The position numbers and the translations under genes are program-made. A DNA stretch of 64,000 nucleotides, from contig JAYWIR010000010.1 of NCBI GenBank assembly GCA_036172245.1, positions 3,658,001 through 3,722,000 on the forward strand, in the 5' to 3' direction. Within the stretch, counting starts at the first letter, position 1. Each line of letters opens with the position of its first letter. This stretch comes from Raillietiella orientalis (Eukaryota). The notes under the pieces are model-generated. The model saw only the letters and a list, made by a program, of their open reading frames with translations. It did not search any database and had not been told where the DNA came from. This document shows, piece after piece, positions 62,780 to 64,000 of this stretch.

Positions 62780-64000
62780 TGCATGCAAAAAGAGCTGGCA
62801 AGCGAAGGATCTCTTCCAAACCTCCTCGAGCCATTCCTGAGGAGCTCCTGGTCATCCACGGCACGTCTAAGGAACAAGCTTTCCCGCACTCCCAAGTCAC
62901 GAGGGAAGGCAGGGCCAGTTTGCAGCACGACCTCGAGAGTCTCGAAGGAGATGAAACGGAAAACCGTGTGGTCTCCAACCCTCTGCGATTGATGGAAGAG
63001 CGTTTGGTAAAGAATTCCTGGAAGAGAGAAATTCCCGGAAAGAGAAATCCCTGGAACAAGCAGGCACCTCTCCGGGGTCCTCTTCGCGATGCAGGAAACG
63101 ATCGCTCGCTTTGCTTTCCCATTTTCCTGAAACCGCTTCCGCTTCTGCACAGAGCAGGGCATGGGGTGGAATCAGGGATGCACGCACGGCAGTCCTGCAG
63201 CCGACAGAAGTGCTCGACTGGAAATTCCCAAAGTCCGAAATCCAGGTAAAATCCTGGAATTCGCACCCGAGACCGCTAAGCGACAAAATCGAGCAAAGAC
63301 TGTGACCACAAGGGGTTGCGGGTTGTGTGCATGGCGCGAAAACGCTCTTCTCTCCTCCTCGTCTTGCGCTGCACGCTGCAAACCACTTCCGTCTTCAGCT
63401 GGGAACGTTCAAGAAAGAGGAACGGAGGTTCCCGAAGGACAGCTCATCGCAACGTGTGCCAACCACCAGGGACACCAGCGAATGCGTAGGTGTAGACGAA
63501 CCGATCAGACGGACGCCTCGCCCTGCCCAACTTGCTCGAAAACTCCGCGACGGATAAGTGCTCCCAGCTGCCGACTTGTCGGCAACGCAGGAACTATCCC
63601 GTAGGTAGGGAAAGGTAGGGAAAAGAACGCAAGCATGACCGCCGGACGAAGACTTGGCTGAACGCGGACCGCTCGGTTCACGGGGGAATGAAGTGGGCAG
63701 CGGCATGCAAAGTGGCCGCACGAGGAGAAGGCGAGCATCCGGAAGAAGGGAGATGAAAGGGACATTTGGAAAAGAAGTAGCTCAACCGACATCGGAAGCT
63801 GCACGATGGACGCGCACGACGGAAAGAAAATCACCTCAAGTTTGGGAACAACGAGGTGCAGGGAGAGGGTGTTTTCGGAAACATCCGGATCGCGGGGAGC
63901 TGCGTTGGCAGCGGCGGACATCTTCTATTTGGAGATCATCCATCGATCCGTGCAGCACGGCACGACCTGCTGCTTGTGCGGGTATCGCCAGAGAAGAAGG
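62780..64000. repeat. Copy 2 of the 1,221-bp inverted duplication (runs off the window)
   Basis: Reverse complement of 7866-9086; identity stops abruptly at 62780/9086. Confidence 0.97.

Overview
Eukaryotic (invertebrate, probably arthropod-like) genomic DNA; no prokaryotic operons or CRISPR arrays were seen. The first ~13 kb is mostly AT-rich. It holds two intact, divergently oriented housekeeping genes with very short GT-AG introns: PRIM1 (minus, 8 exons, 410 aa as spliced by hand) and DUS2 (plus, 6 exons, 436 aa). From ~13.5 kb onward the sequence is more GC-rich and consists largely of decayed coding DNA. This part includes an M28 peptidase gene, an intron-retaining HPRT pseudogene, probable GPCR and kinase pseudogenes, a fold-back mariner derivative, two copies of a tRNA-headed SINE-like element (one with a perfect 13-bp target-site duplication) and a decayed DIRS-type retroelement. 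It also holds two diverged relics of a multi-exon gene I cannot assign to any family. A 1,221-bp segment (7866-9086) recurs almost identically in inverted orientation at 62780-64000, running off the window edge and bracketing ~54 kb. All family calls come from manual translation and remembered motifs; no searches were run.
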